Counted from the stretch's first letter, positions 30,335 through 40,480 are shown. The stretch: DNA of 64,000 nt from Fluviicola sp. (GCA_049241705.1 JBMLQF010000196.1:17946-81945); one strand, 5' to 3'. The notes: generated from the sequence alone by a model not told the origin. Numbers and translations are program-made.

Positions 30335-31050
30335 TGCCCTTTCAACGCTATATTTCCTTGGCCGTTAGTGCCTTGTGGCTGATTGGTTTACTCATTGGCT
30401 ATTTCTTTTTTCATTGGGATATCGGACAAAATCTGGTCTTCTTGAATGTGGGTCTCTTCGCCCTGTTTTTCAATTATTACCTTGGAATGTCCTACTTGTC
30501 TTTCCGTGAACATGTGCATAGTCACTGGAGGAAACGGGAACAAATACCTGCGTCTGAATTTACTTGGAAGCTCGCATTCAAAGTGATCACTTTCGTGCTG
30601 AACGTGTTCATTTTTACTTTCGCCCTAGCCATTTCTGTTACGATATCCGGCGCATTCATCGCAACCTATTTCTACAAGGTGATGAAAGTGGAAGATTTTG
30701 ATCAGCTCAGCGAGAAATGGACCAACGACTGGACGTGGGTTATCAGCATGTCGCTTTTGATTCTCGCTCTGGAAGGTGGATTGTTTCTCCGCGAATTGAT
30801 ATTGCTGAATACGCAGAAATTGGTCACATGGGAAGCATTTGTCCCCTTCAACAAAGGCACGCGGAAAAAACTGAACACTTATTTTTTTGGGTCAGCTTTG
30901 GTGATTCCTGTAGATGGGCTTTTCAATGATGAAAATACCTTTGGTTACTTGTCTTTGATCTGGGTGTTCCTTGTTACGATCTATTGGGCATACCTCGATG
31001 TGCGTTATCCGGCGCAAGAAATAACGTCATCCGTGCAAACGGACGACTAG
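30334..31050 (+). CDS. Hypothetical multi-pass membrane protein
   Basis: About six hydrophobic segments; TAATG-coupled to mtnD; no recognised family. Confidence 0.7.
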   Translation: MPFQRYISLAVSALWLIGLLIGYFFFHWDIGQNLVFLNVGLFALFFNYYLGMSYLSFREHVHSHWRKREQIPASEFTWKLAFKVITFVLNVFIFTFALAISVTISGAFIATYFYKVMKVEDFDQLSEKWTNDWTWVISMSLLILALEGGLFLRELILLNTQKLVTWEAFVPFNKGTRKKLNTYFFGSALVIPVDGLFNDENTFGYLSLIWVFLVTIYWAYLDVRYPAQEITSSVQTDD

Positions 31051-31068
31051 GAATTGTAATTTTGCCAC

Positions 31069-31767
31069 ATGAATACACAACCTGTCAAAGTTATTTTGAC
31101 CGATATCGAAGGGACTACCAGTTCTATTTCGTTTGTTGCCGATGAGTTGTTCCCCTATTTTCGGGAACACATTCGTGAACTCTTGGAGTGGAAACACTTA
31201 CCTGCCGTGCAAGAAGCATTTGCAGAAACAGTGCGTCTGGCCCAAGAGCAAGATGGAGAATCTATTTCCGATGACGAACAGATCTTGACCAAATTGCATC
31301 AATGGAGTGTGGAAGATCGCAAGATCACACCACTGAAGACCTTGCAAGGTGTACTTTGGGATACCGGTTACCGCAATGGAAGTCTGAAAGGTCACGTCTA
31401 TTCGGAGGTGCCAGGAAGATTAAAAGCTTGGAAAGAACAAGGTTTACAATTGGCGGTTTTTTCATCCGGTTCGGTTCCGGCTCAAAAGCTGATCTTTGGA
31501 TTTTCAGTGGCCGGAGACCTCACGCCTTATTTTTCTGCATATTTCGACACGAAAACAGGAGGCAAGCGCGAGGCAGCAACGTATGCAAAGATTGCTGATT
31601 CGATGCAGGTTGCGCCAAACGAGATCCTTTTTCTTTCCGACATTAAAGAAGAATTAGAAGCAGCCAAGGAAAGTGGTTTGCAAACCATCCAATTGCTGCG
31701 CGAAGACAAACAAGCTGAATGGCCGTTCACCGCGGTCGATTTTGAACATATTAATCCAAACGCATGA
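31069..31767 (+). CDS. mtnC: Enolase-phosphatase E1 (acireductone synthase)
   Basis: LTDIEGTTSSISFV, DRKITPLKTLQG, FSSGSVPAQKLIF, FLSDIKEEL. Confidence 0.93.
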   Translation: MNTQPVKVILTDIEGTTSSISFVADELFPYFREHIRELLEWKHLPAVQEAFAETVRLAQEQDGESISDDEQILTKLHQWSVEDRKITPLKTLQGVLWDTGYRNGSLKGHVYSEVPGRLKAWKEQGLQLAVFSSGSVPAQKLIFGFSVAGDLTPYFSAYFDTKTGGKREAATYAKIADSMQVAPNEILFLSDIKEELEAAKESGLQTIQLLREDKQAEWPFTAVDFEHINPNA

Positions 31768-32828
31768 GCAAATTCCGCACGATCTGGACTACAGCAGACA
31801 ACTATGTTGAAGTGATCGACCAACGCAAATTACCCCACGAATGGGTAGTTGAAAAACTAGTTTCGTACAAAGACGCCGAACGCGCGATCAAAGACATGGT
31901 GGTGCGTGGAGCGCCGTTGATCGGAGCTACTGCTGCTTATGGCGTGTATTTGGCCGCTCGCGAAGGAGCAAATTTAGAAGAAGCATTTGCCGCTTTGCGT
32001 GCTTCTCGTCCAACGGCTGTAAACTTGTTCTGGGCTTTGGATCGCATGCAACGTGCTCTGGACAACGCCGAGAATTTGGTGGATACAGCCTGGGAAGAAG
32101 CCGGAAAGATCGTGGAAGATGATGTGGAAACCTGTCGCATGATCGGGGTGCACGGCTTGCCGATCATTGAAGCTTTGTCCAAAGCAAAAAATGGAGAAAC
32201 GGTAAACATCCTCACACATTGTAATGCAGGCATGTTGGGTTGTATCGAATGGGGAACGATCACCTCACCGATCTACCAAGCTATGGAAAAAGGGATCAAA
32301 GTGCATGTGTGGGTGGATGAGACACGTCCGCGAAACCAAGGAGCGAATTTGACTGCCTACGAATTGACACGACACGGAGTTCCACACACCTTGATCGTTG
32401 ACAACCAAGGCGGACATTTGATGCAGCACGGCATGGTAGATATGTGTATTGTGGGAACAGATCGTACTACACGACAAGGAGATGTGGCCAATAAGATTGG
32501 AACCTACTTAAAAGCATTGGCGGCGAAGGACAACAATATCCCGTTTTATGTGGCTTTGCCATCCACTACTTTGGATTGGACGATCAACGACGGTTTGAAA
32601 GAAATTCCGATCGAACAGCGCAATCAGGATGAGGTTCGTTGGGTAGTTGGTAAAAGCAAAGCAAGCGGAAAATTGGACGAAGTACTGATCTGTCCGGAAA
32701 CCACACAAGCCAGCAATTACGGCTTTGATGTAACACCTGCGCGCTTGGTAACAGCGTTGATCACAGAACGCGGAGTGTGCGAAGCAAGTGAAAATGGGTT
32801 ATTGAGTTTGTTCCCGGAACAAGCATAA
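31764..32828 (+). CDS. mtnA: S-methyl-5-thioribose-1-phosphate isomerase
   Basis: VRGAPLIG, RPTAVNL, THCNAG, ETRPRNQG, GDVANKIGTY, FDVTP. Confidence 0.95.
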   Translation: MSKFRTIWTTADNYVEVIDQRKLPHEWVVEKLVSYKDAERAIKDMVVRGAPLIGATAAYGVYLAAREGANLEEAFAALRASRPTAVNLFWALDRMQRALDNAENLVDTAWEEAGKIVEDDVETCRMIGVHGLPIIEALSKAKNGETVNILTHCNAGMLGCIEWGTITSPIYQAMEKGIKVHVWVDETRPRNQGANLTAYELTRHGVPHTLIVDNQGGHLMQHGMVDMCIVGTDRTTRQGDVANKIGTYLKALAAKDNNIPFYVALPSTTLDWTINDGLKEIPIEQRNQDEVRWVVGKSKASGKLDEVLICPETTQASNYGFDVTPARLVTALITERGVCEASENGLLSLFPEQA

Positions 32829-32850
32829 AATAGATAAATGTTAGTTACTC

Positions 32851-32881
32851 AAATCCCTTCAATCTTGGAGGGATTTTTTTT
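32851..32881 (+). terminator. Intrinsic terminator
   Basis: AAATCCCTTCAA-TC-TTGGAGGGATTT plus a T run after mtnA. Confidence 0.75.
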
Positions 32882-32939
32882 GACCTATCCTCTTGTTCCG
32901 AAGGCTGTTTTTCTTTAACTTAATTAAGAAACAACCACC

Positions 32940-34223
32940 ATGAATGAACAATACCTCCACCTGATCTGGAAGCAGAAGCGGCTTCCTTTTCACCAAATGC
33001 GCACCGTTCAGGACGAATCGATCGATGTACTGGATGTCGGACAACACAACTTGGATTCTGGTCCGGATTTTTTCAACGGTCAGATCATCTTGCATGGTTT
33101 GCGGCACCACGGAAACATTGAATTACACGTGCGTTCATCCGATTGGTACCTGCACAAACACCAACACGATCCTGCCTACGATTCTGTAATCTTGCATGTG
33201 GTTTACGAATACGATGAACCGGTTTTTGTCCGGGGCAAGGAACTGCCTACGATCGAACTAAAACCTTGGATCGATTGGCAACATTTTGACCAATTCAAGC
33301 AAAATGTCCCAGCGAATTTTTTGATCGCCTGTGCACACGCTTTGTCTGATGTCCCACAAGCCATTCAAAGGACCCAATTAGACAAAATGGGTCGTATACG
33401 ACTGGAACGAAAATCGCGTGAGCTGTATCCGGAAGATCGAATGGATCTGAGCCTCCACCAATTATTGATCCGAGCTTTTGCCGTCGCTTTCGGCGCAAAA
33501 ACCAATGCACTTCCTTTTCGGGAATTGACCCATCACTTGCCTCATGAAAAATTGCTGAAAGCCTCGCTTCAAGAAAAATCGGCAATCATCTTTGGAATGG
33601 CAGGATTTTTAAACGAAATGCCACAAGACTCCTACCACGATCAGCTGACCAGCGAATGGCGATTCCAAAAACACAAACTCCAATTGGGAAGTCTGCGGAA
33701 AGAAACCTGGAAATTCAAAGGATGCCTGCCAGCTGGTTTCCCAACAATTCGTCTGGCACAGTTCATTCATTTTTACCACCATTTTCCTTGGCAAGCAGAG
33801 CTGTGGATGAAGCCTGTTACCGAACAAATTGCCCTCGTCCATGAGACGCTTAAACAACCCATCGATAGCTATTGGCACGCACATTATGATTTTGGAAAAG
33901 TACATAAACCCAGCAATGGGATGAGTCGTGGATCCATAAACGGGATCTTGATCAATGGTTTACCGCTTTTTCTGTGGATGCTGGCTGAACGCTTCAATGA
34001 AGTTGCTTTCCAAGAAGTAGCTTTGGAAATGTGGCGCATCTTGCCTGCGGAAAAAAATCAGATCATTGCCAACTGGAGCATAATAGGCATGAAACCGAGT
34101 AGTGCATTTGAGTCTCAGGCTGTCTTGGAACAAATTCAGCAAGTATGTGCAAAAAAAAGATGCATGAATTGTGCAATAGGTCAGGAACTAATCACTACAT
34201 TTAATGAACCCGAAATTCATTGA
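32940..34223 (+). CDS. DUF2851-family protein
   Basis: GPDFFN, GNIELH, HQHDPAYDSVILHVV, PAGFPTIRLAQ, C-terminal CAKKRCMNCAIG. Confidence 0.85.
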   Translation: MNEQYLHLIWKQKRLPFHQMRTVQDESIDVLDVGQHNLDSGPDFFNGQIILHGLRHHGNIELHVRSSDWYLHKHQHDPAYDSVILHVVYEYDEPVFVRGKELPTIELKPWIDWQHFDQFKQNVPANFLIACAHALSDVPQAIQRTQLDKMGRIRLERKSRELYPEDRMDLSLHQLLIRAFAVAFGAKTNALPFRELTHHLPHEKLLKASLQEKSAIIFGMAGFLNEMPQDSYHDQLTSEWRFQKHKLQLGSLRKETWKFKGCLPAGFPTIRLAQFIHFYHHFPWQAELWMKPVTEQIALVHETLKQPIDSYWHAHYDFGKVHKPSNGMSRGSINGILINGLPLFLWMLAERFNEVAFQEVALEMWRILPAEKNQIIANWSIIGMKPSSAFESQAVLEQIQQVCAKKRCMNCAIGQELITTFNEPEIH

Positions 34224-34224
34224 A

Positions 34225-34714
34225 ATGAAAAAGTTCGTACTCTTTTTGCCACTCTTGTTTCTCCTGACTGCCTGTCCCGTTGGTTTGAAATATGCGCCCG
34301 GAAAAGTTGCAACTGAACCCGTGGACACACGATTGATTGGCACCTGGGAAGCAGAAAGCTCAGAGTTTGAAATTCAAAAAGTGACCATTAAAAAGAAAAC
34401 GGCCAATGAGTTTTCAGTTCAGGTTTTGGAGCGCGGTGAAATGTACATGTTGGAAACGGATGATCTGACGTTGTACCAGACTAAAATCGACAATCTGACT
34501 ATCTTGTATTTGAAACCTTCGAACGAAGAAATGTACTACCTGTATCAGGTTGTCATTAAAAGTGCGTCTGAATTGGAAATTGGGGATATTTCCTTATTGG
34601 ATGGGGGGAACAGATGCTCTTACAGATACGGAGTCTTTACGTAAACAAATTTCAAATTCGAAAGACAAGGAAGAGTTTAAGAATATCTCTAAATTTGTAC
34701 TTCGTAAAGTGTAA
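34225..34714 (+). pseudogene. Lipoprotein gene with an apparent +1 frameshift in a G6 tract (34603-34608)
   Basis: Lipobox LTAC. The called ORF stops at 34644. Removing one G gives DGGTDALTDTESLRKQ...LRKV* ending at 34714, 5 nt before pspC. Confidence 0.6.
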
Positions 34715-34719
34715 CAATC

Positions 34720-34953
34720 GTGAGAACCTTACAAAAGATTGCCTTCTTTTTTGAAATGCGCTCCTTTGGAGTGTGTTCGTGGTGGGCGCAGAAATTGGGT
34801 ATTCAAACGAATAAAGTGCGTTTAGGGTTTCTCTATGCTACTGTGATCGGTTTGGGTTCTCCGTTGATTCCTTATCTGATCATGGCATGGATTCTTGAAC
34901 ACAAACATTATTTCAAGTTCCAATCTAAAAAGCGTTCCATCTGGGAATTGTAA
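34720..34953 (+). CDS. PspC-domain protein
   Basis: FGVCSWWAQKLGI...VRLGFLY; GTG start; TAAATTTG at 34690-34697 upstream. Confidence 0.75.
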   Translation: MRTLQKIAFFFEMRSFGVCSWWAQKLGIQTNKVRLGFLYATVIGLGSPLIPYLIMAWILEHKHYFKFQSKKRSIWEL

Positions 34954-34955
34954 GC

Positions 34956-35858
34956 ATGCATAAAATTCTGATCACCGGTTCAAATGGCTTGTTGGGTCAA
35001 AAAATTGTCAAACGTTGCCTGAAACACAACATTCCCTTTTTGGCTACCTCAAAAGGTCAGAATCGCAATCCGGATTGTCCGAATGAATTTTACCGCGCCC
35101 TAGACATTACGGATGCCGAAGCAGTTAATGGTTTGGTACAGGATTATTGTCCCACTGCGATCATACATACAGCTGCCATGACGAATGTGGATCAATGTGA
35201 AACAGATCCGGAAGGATGCCACTTGATCAATGTTTTGGCAACCCGCTGCCTCTTCGAAGCTGCTAAAGCTTGTCAGGCACATTTCGAATTGGTTTCTACA
35301 GATTTTGTTTTCGATGGAAAAACAGGTCCGTATTCAGAATCAGATTCGGTGAATCCGTTAAGTGTTTATGCACGTTCTAAAGTGGAAGCAGAAAATTTAT
35401 TGTTACACGACACCTATTCCAATTGGTCGATTGCCCGAACTATTATTGTTTATGGTACTGGAAATGGTTTGTCCAGATCGAACATGGTATTGTGGGCGCT
35501 CGAAGCCTTGCCACAGAATCAGGAAATGAAATTGGTGAATGATCAGTTCCGCGCACCCACTTGGGCGGATGATCTCGCTTACGGATGCGTGGAGATCGTG
35601 CTGCGAAATGAAACAGGAATTTATCATTTAAGTGGACCGGAAACCTTGTCGGTAGACCATATTGTTCGACGTATTGCGCAAACAATTGGTATTTCAAATC
35701 CGAATATTACGGTAATATCCTCGGATACTTTGAATCAAGCAGCAAAGCGACCGCCCAGAACAGGTTTTGTTTTAGATAAAGCGCAGCAAAAATTGGATTA
35801 TCATCCGAAAACATTGGAAGAAACCATTCCACTATTGATCAAGGAAATGCAAAGTTGA
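34956..35858 (+). CDS. RmlD-like SDR (dTDP-4-dehydrorhamnose reductase family)
   Basis: GSNGLLG, HTAAMTNVD, STDFVFDG, YARSK, DQFRAPT, RP. Confidence 0.85.
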   Translation: MHKILITGSNGLLGQKIVKRCLKHNIPFLATSKGQNRNPDCPNEFYRALDITDAEAVNGLVQDYCPTAIIHTAAMTNVDQCETDPEGCHLINVLATRCLFEAAKACQAHFELVSTDFVFDGKTGPYSESDSVNPLSVYARSKVEAENLLLHDTYSNWSIARTIIVYGTGNGLSRSNMVLWALEALPQNQEMKLVNDQFRAPTWADDLAYGCVEIVLRNETGIYHLSGPETLSVDHIVRRIAQTIGISNPNITVISSDTLNQAAKRPPRTGFVLDKAQQKLDYHPKTLEETIPLLIKEMQS

Positions 35859-35879
35859 ATCACTTCAATTTTCTAAACC

Positions 35880-36740
35880 ATGCAAAACAACCACTATTCC
35901 AAATCAACTACTAGAGGTGTCCTTGTACTGGCGGGGATACTGATCATTGCGTTTGTGCTACCTGATCTTTGGGCTTATTTTAAACCGGATCAACCTGTTA
36001 AGATCAGTATGTGGAATGATCGTTTGGAATCAGAATTCAACCGCTTGGAGAAAAATGCTGGAAATAACAACCGTTATCGGGACAAGGCGAACAAGTATAG
36101 TCGACCTCCGGCGAAATTTGATCCCAACAAATATACCTTGGAAGAGTGGATGGCCTTAGGTTTATCGGAAAAACAAGCTGCTGTCATCCTAAAATTCACA
36201 CGATATGGAATTCGCTCCAACGACGATTTGAAACGCATTTTCGTGATCGATGAAAAATTGTTCGCTTTGATCAAGGATTCAACCATTTATAGCGACACAC
36301 AGAACGAGTACCAACCCGAAAAACGCAACTTCGATATGCCCAAGATCACCTTGGTGGATATAAACACGGCTACTGTGGAAGAATTGCAGCAGGTGAAGGG
36401 AGTGGGGCCGTTCTTTGCAAAACAAATTGTCAAATATCGGGATGCCCTGGGAGGATTCCATGATGAACGCCAGTTGTTGAAAGTTTGGAAAGTTGACGAA
36501 GAGAAATTTGCCGCTTGGAAACCATACATCTACACGAGCGGTGAGATCAAAAAACTTTCCTTGAACGAGGCAAGCTGGGAAGAATTGGAAGCTCATCCGC
36601 TTATTTCTTGGAATTTGGCAAATTCTATCGTAAAATTGCGCCTCCAAAATGGACCATTCAAACGAATTGAAGATGTGAAGCGTTCGGCATTAATGAACGA
36701 ACAGCTCTTCGAAGAATTGAAATGGTATTTAAGCGTTTAA
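35880..36740 (+). CDS. ComEA-like helix-hairpin-helix DNA-binding protein
   Basis: N-terminal TM; FDPN, DINTATVEELQQVKGVGP, LSLNEAS...LEAHP. Confidence 0.8.
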   Translation: MQNNHYSKSTTRGVLVLAGILIIAFVLPDLWAYFKPDQPVKISMWNDRLESEFNRLEKNAGNNNRYRDKANKYSRPPAKFDPNKYTLEEWMALGLSEKQAAVILKFTRYGIRSNDDLKRIFVIDEKLFALIKDSTIYSDTQNEYQPEKRNFDMPKITLVDINTATVEELQQVKGVGPFFAKQIVKYRDALGGFHDERQLLKVWKVDEEKFAAWKPYIYTSGEIKKLSLNEASWEELEAHPLISWNLANSIVKLRLQNGPFKRIEDVKRSALMNEQLFEELKWYLSV

Positions 36741-36742
36741 GA

Positions 36743-37270
36743 ATGATACAAGACAGAGTAATGTCAGCCATCCGCGATGTAGCTGATTTCCCGAAGCCGG
36801 GAATCATGTTCAAGGATATCACCCCAATTATGTTGGATCCGAAATTGTCAACCGATATTGTGGATCACTTGGCTGCTCTTTACAAAGATCAGGGGATCGA
36901 TAAGATCGCAGGAATTGAAAGTAGAGGGTTTTTATTTGGTTATCCGGTTGCCATGAAACTTGGAATTCCTTTTGTTTTGATTCGCAAAGCGGGTAAATTG
37001 CCTTATCACAAATTATCGTATGCGTATGATCTGGAGTACGGTTCTGCAACGATCGAAATCCATGTGGATGCCGTAAAAGAGGGAGAACGCGTATTGATCC
37101 ACGATGACTTATTAGCTACCGGAGGATCGGCTGCTGCCGCTGCGGAGTTAATCAAAAAATGTGGTGGTGAGATTGCAGGATTCAATTTCTTGGTGGAGCT
37201 CGGATTTTTAAATGGCGCTGAAAAATTGAAAAACTACACCGATAATATTACTAATTTAGCCGGCTATTAA
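36743..37270 (+). CDS. apt: Adenine phosphoribosyltransferase
   Basis: DFPKPGIMFKDIT, ESRGFLFG, RKAGKLP, LIHDDLLATGGS. Confidence 0.95.
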   Translation: MIQDRVMSAIRDVADFPKPGIMFKDITPIMLDPKLSTDIVDHLAALYKDQGIDKIAGIESRGFLFGYPVAMKLGIPFVLIRKAGKLPYHKLSYAYDLEYGSATIEIHVDAVKEGERVLIHDDLLATGGSAAAAAELIKKCGGEIAGFNFLVELGFLNGAEKLKNYTDNITNLAGY

Positions 37271-37322
37271 TCGAGATAATAAACAAACAAGTTAGTTAAC
37301 GGACACCCCAAAACTGTTAAAC

Positions 37323-38462
37323 ATGAACTTCGAAAAGAACGAAAATCAATTGATGATCGCGCAAATGGTGCGCGACTTCGCGGAGAGAGAAATCCGCCCA
37401 AACATGAATCAGTGGGATGCAGATGAGCATTTTCCAGTTGATGTGATGAAAAAAATGGGTGAACTGGGATTGTTAGGTATCTACATCCCGGAAGAATATG
37501 GAGGTAGCGGTTTCAGCTATTTCGAGTATGCAACAGCTTTGATGGAATTGGGCCGCGTTTGCGGTGGGATCGGATTGAGTGTTGCTGCACATAATTCATT
37601 GTGTACTGGACACATTTACTATCACGGTAACGAAGAACAAAAGAAAAAATACTTGCCAAAATTAGCTTCTGGTGAATGGATCGGAGCATGGGGTTTGACA
37701 GAACCAAATACAGGTTCGGATGCTATGCGTATGAAATGTACAGCAGTTAAGGATGGTGATCACTGGGTGATTAACGGAGCGAAGAACTGGATCACTCACG
37801 GTTTATCCGGAGATGTTGCAGTGGTATTGATCCGTACAGGAGAATTGTTGGATTCAAACGGAATCACTGCGTTCATTATTGAAAAAGGAACTCCTGGTTT
37901 CTCGGCGGTAAAGATCAAAGATAAATTAGGAGTGCGTGCTTCTGAAACAGCGGAGTTGATCTTCGACAATGTACGTGTTCACGAATCTCAAGTGATCGGC
38001 GAAGTTGGACAAGGATTCAAACAAGCAATGCATATCTTGGATGGAGGTCGTATTTCGATCGCAGCATTGTCTTGCGGAATTGCACGAGGAGCTTATGAGG
38101 CATCTGTAAAGTATGCAAAAGAGCGCGAGCAGTTTGGTCAGCCTATTGGGAAATTCCAGGCTATCGGATTCAAATTAGCGGATATGGCTACAGAAGTAGA
38201 AGCGGCCGAATTGTTGACATTCCAAGCAGCAGATTTGAAAAACCGTCATCAAAAAATGACAACACAAGGTGCTTTCGCGAAATACTTTGCGTCCGAAGTT
38301 TCAGTGAAATGTGGAAACGAGGCTGTTCAAATTATGGGTGGTTATGGATTCACGAAAGAGTATCCGGCGGAGAAGTTCCTTCGTGATGCAAAATTGATGA
38401 CCATTGGAGAGGGGACATCTGAAATTCAAAAGCTCGTTATTTCCCGTGAATTGTTGAAATAA
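37323..38462 (+). CDS. Acyl-CoA dehydrogenase
   Basis: [52 protein letters not shown]. Confidence 0.93.
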   Translation: MNFEKNENQLMIAQMVRDFAEREIRPNMNQWDADEHFPVDVMKKMGELGLLGIYIPEEYGGSGFSYFEYATALMELGRVCGGIGLSVAAHNSLCTGHIYYHGNEEQKKKYLPKLASGEWIGAWGLTEPNTGSDAMRMKCTAVKDGDHWVINGAKNWITHGLSGDVAVVLIRTGELLDSNGITAFIIEKGTPGFSAVKIKDKLGVRASETAELIFDNVRVHESQVIGEVGQGFKQAMHILDGGRISIAALSCGIARGAYEASVKYAKEREQFGQPIGKFQAIGFKLADMATEVEAAELLTFQAADLKNRHQKMTTQGAFAKYFASEVSVKCGNEAVQIMGGYGFTKEYPAEKFLRDAKLMTIGEGTSEIQKLVISRELLK

Positions 38463-38525
38463 TAGGGTTTTTGCCAGGGATAAAATATTTTTTAAATCTT
38501 CAGTGTTAATTAAAAAAAGTATTTC

Positions 38526-38533
38526 TATCTTTG
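38526..38533 (+). promoter_or_regulatory. -7 promoter element for rpsU
   Basis: TATCTTTG upstream of rpsU. Confidence 0.6.
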
Positions 38534-38568
38534 CGCTCCATTAATAAAGCATCTAATAGAATTAAGAT

Positions 38569-38760
38569 ATGTTGATTATTCCAGTTAAAGAAGGAGAGAA
38601 CATCGAAAGAGCTCTTAAGAAGTACAAGAAGAAGTTTGACAAAACGAACGTAATGAAAGAATTGCGTCGTCGTAAAGAATTCGAAAAGCCATCAGTAACT
38701 GATCGCCAAAGCCGAATCAAAGCTGCTTATGCTCAAAAAATGAAATCTCAGGAATTGTAA
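38569..38760 (+). CDS. rpsU: 30S ribosomal protein S21
   Basis: MLIIPVKEGENIERALKKYKKKF...FEKPS. Confidence 0.95.
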   Translation: MLIIPVKEGENIERALKKYKKKFDKTNVMKELRRRKEFEKPSVTDRQSRIKAAYAQKMKSQEL

Positions 38761-38782
38761 GAATAATCCTACATGATACTGT

Positions 38783-38814
38783 AAAGGGAGTTCGCAAGAA
38801 CTCCCTTTTTTTTT
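38783..38814 (+). terminator. Intrinsic terminator
   Basis: AAAGGGAGTTC-GCAA-GAACTCCC followed by T9. Confidence 0.85.
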
Positions 38815-38852
38815 ATGGAACTTTTTTTGCTTTTTCCCGTTACTGGAAGTGT

Positions 38853-39743
38853 ATGAAGATTTTAAGCAATTTGGGGTCCTTTTTGAATTACCTGGCCATG
38901 GAGCGCAGGTATTCGGAGCATACCTTGCTTGCATACGAAGAAGATCTTCAGCAATTCATCGTTTTCTCTGAATTGAAAACAGAAGCAGATCTGTGCGACG
39001 TAAACCACCAGCTTGTTCGGGCATGGGTAGTGGAACTCGTTGAGTCAGGACTTTCCAATCGAACGGTAAGTAGAAAGCTAAGCAGTCTTCGATCCTATTT
39101 TAAATGGTTGAAAGCGGTAGGTGTGGTTGACGTGAATCCAATGTCGCGCGTTCGTGGACCAAAAGTTGAAAAGCGACTACCGCAATTCATTAAAGAATCT
39201 GAATTTTCAGCAGCGCGCATTGATCCTTTATTCGGGAATGATTTTGACGGAGTGCGTGATCGTTTGATGGTAGAGATTTTCTATCAGACAGGAATCCGTT
39301 TGTCTGAGTTGTTGGGTTTGGAAGAAAAGAATATCCATGCGGACCACATAAAGGTGTTGGGAAAGCGGAATAAGGAGCGCATCATTCCAATTAGTCGAGA
39401 CCTGTTCGAGTTGATCCAGAAATACCGATCTGGTAAGCCAAAATCAGCTGATAGCCAAATTTTGTTATTTGTAAAGAGAGACGGCAAAAAATGTTCGGCA
39501 AAGTTTGCTTACAGAAAAATTAATATATACCTTGGGAGTGTAACGACACAGCAAAAAAAGAGTCCGCATGTATTGCGTCACACTTTTGCGACACATATGT
39601 TGAATAGAGGTGCAGGCTTGGAGACCTTGAAAGATCTGATGGGTCATGCAAGTTTATCAGCGACGCAGGTTTACACGCACAATTCTTTTGCTCAAATTAA
39701 CTCAATTTATTCACAGGCTCACCCGCGTGGGCGCAAAACGTAA
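38853..39743 (+). CDS. xerC: Tyrosine recombinase XerC
   Basis: GIRLSEL, GKRNKER, PHVLRHTFATH, MGHASLSATQVY; conserved rpsU-xerC-hpf context. Confidence 0.9.
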   Translation: MKILSNLGSFLNYLAMERRYSEHTLLAYEEDLQQFIVFSELKTEADLCDVNHQLVRAWVVELVESGLSNRTVSRKLSSLRSYFKWLKAVGVVDVNPMSRVRGPKVEKRLPQFIKESEFSAARIDPLFGNDFDGVRDRLMVEIFYQTGIRLSELLGLEEKNIHADHIKVLGKRNKERIIPISRDLFELIQKYRSGKPKSADSQILLFVKRDGKKCSAKFAYRKINIYLGSVTTQQKKSPHVLRHTFATHMLNRGAGLETLKDLMGHASLSATQVYTHNSFAQINSIYSQAHPRGRKT

Positions 39744-39748
39744 AAGAC

Positions 39749-40045
39749 ATGGATATCAAGGTGCATTCAATTCATTTCAAGGCAGATCAAAAATTGATTG
39801 ATTTTATCAATGAAAAGGTGACGAAGTTACAGTTGTTTTTTGATCAGATCATCGTGAGTGAAGTGTTTCTTAGATTGGATAAGAATACAGAGAAAGAGAA
39901 TAAGATTGCTGAAGTGAAAATTCTTATCCCGGGAAAGGAGTTGTTTGCAAAGAAGCAATGCAAAACATTTGAAGAAGCAGCAGATTTATGTGTTGATGCC
40001 TTAAAAACTCAAGTGAAGAAGCATAAGGATAAGCAATTGAGTTAG
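39749..40045 (+). CDS. hpf: Ribosome hibernation factor HPF/RaiA
   Basis: HSIHFKADQKL, NKIAEVKI, LFAKKQCKTFEEA. Confidence 0.9.
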   Translation: MDIKVHSIHFKADQKLIDFINEKVTKLQLFFDQIIVSEVFLRLDKNTEKENKIAEVKILIPGKELFAKKQCKTFEEAADLCVDALKTQVKKHKDKQLS

Positions 40046-40067
40046 TCCTGAAAATGAAAAAGTTAGC

Positions 40068-40096
40068 AAGAGCGGCAGTTGTGCCGCTCTTTTTTT
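40068..40096 (+). terminator. Intrinsic terminator
   Basis: AAGAGCGGCA-GTTG-TGCCGCTCTT followed by a T run. Confidence 0.85.
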
Positions 40097-40130
40097 ATTG
40101 AAAAAAAATCATTTTTTTTACACCGATCGC

Positions 40131-40160
40131 TTGCAGGTATTCATTTCTTTACTACATTTG
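40131..40160 (+). promoter_or_regulatory. Promoter of the tRNA-tuf operon
   Basis: TTG at 40131 and TACATTTG at 40153-40160, Bacteroidota -33/-7 spacing. Confidence 0.7.
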
Positions 40161-40221
40161 CAAACCCAAACGGGAAAACACTTAAGAAAGTTCTTTAAAA
40201 TATTGATACCAAATTTTCAGT

Positions 40222-40295
40222 GCCGGTGTAGCTCAGTTGGCTAGAGCAGCTGATTTGTAATCAGCAGGTCGGGGGTTCGAATCCCTCCACCGGCT
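40222..40295 (+). tRNA. tRNA-Thr(TGT)
   Basis: Cloverleaf; anticodon arm GCTGA-TTTGTAA-TCAGC; TTCGAAT loop. Confidence 0.97.
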
Positions 40296-40305
40296 CACAT
40301 TGGAA

Positions 40306-40387
<82 letters not shown>

Positions 40388-40407
40388 CTGAAAACAAAGA
40401 ATTATAA

Positions 40408-40480
40408 GCGGGAGTAGCTCAGTTGGTAGAGCGTCAGCCTTCCAAGCTGAGGGTCGCGAGTTCGAATCTCGTCTCCCGCT
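40408..40480 (+). tRNA. tRNA-Gly(TCC)
   Basis: TCAGC-CTTCCAA-GCTGA. Confidence 0.97.

Noticed and set aside
34956-35858. Rhamnose or O-antigen cluster
   Set aside because: The RmlD-like gene is an orphan; no rmlABC or glycosyltransferases are nearby.
35880-36740. Natural competence locus
   Set aside because: A lone ComEA-like HhH gene is common in Bacteroidota; no comEC or pilus genes are nearby.
38853-39743. Tyrosine recombinase near a tRNA cluster as an integrase of an island or prophage
   Set aside because: It sits in the conserved rpsU-xerC-hpf-tRNA-tuf context with XerC features; no att duplication or cargo is visible.
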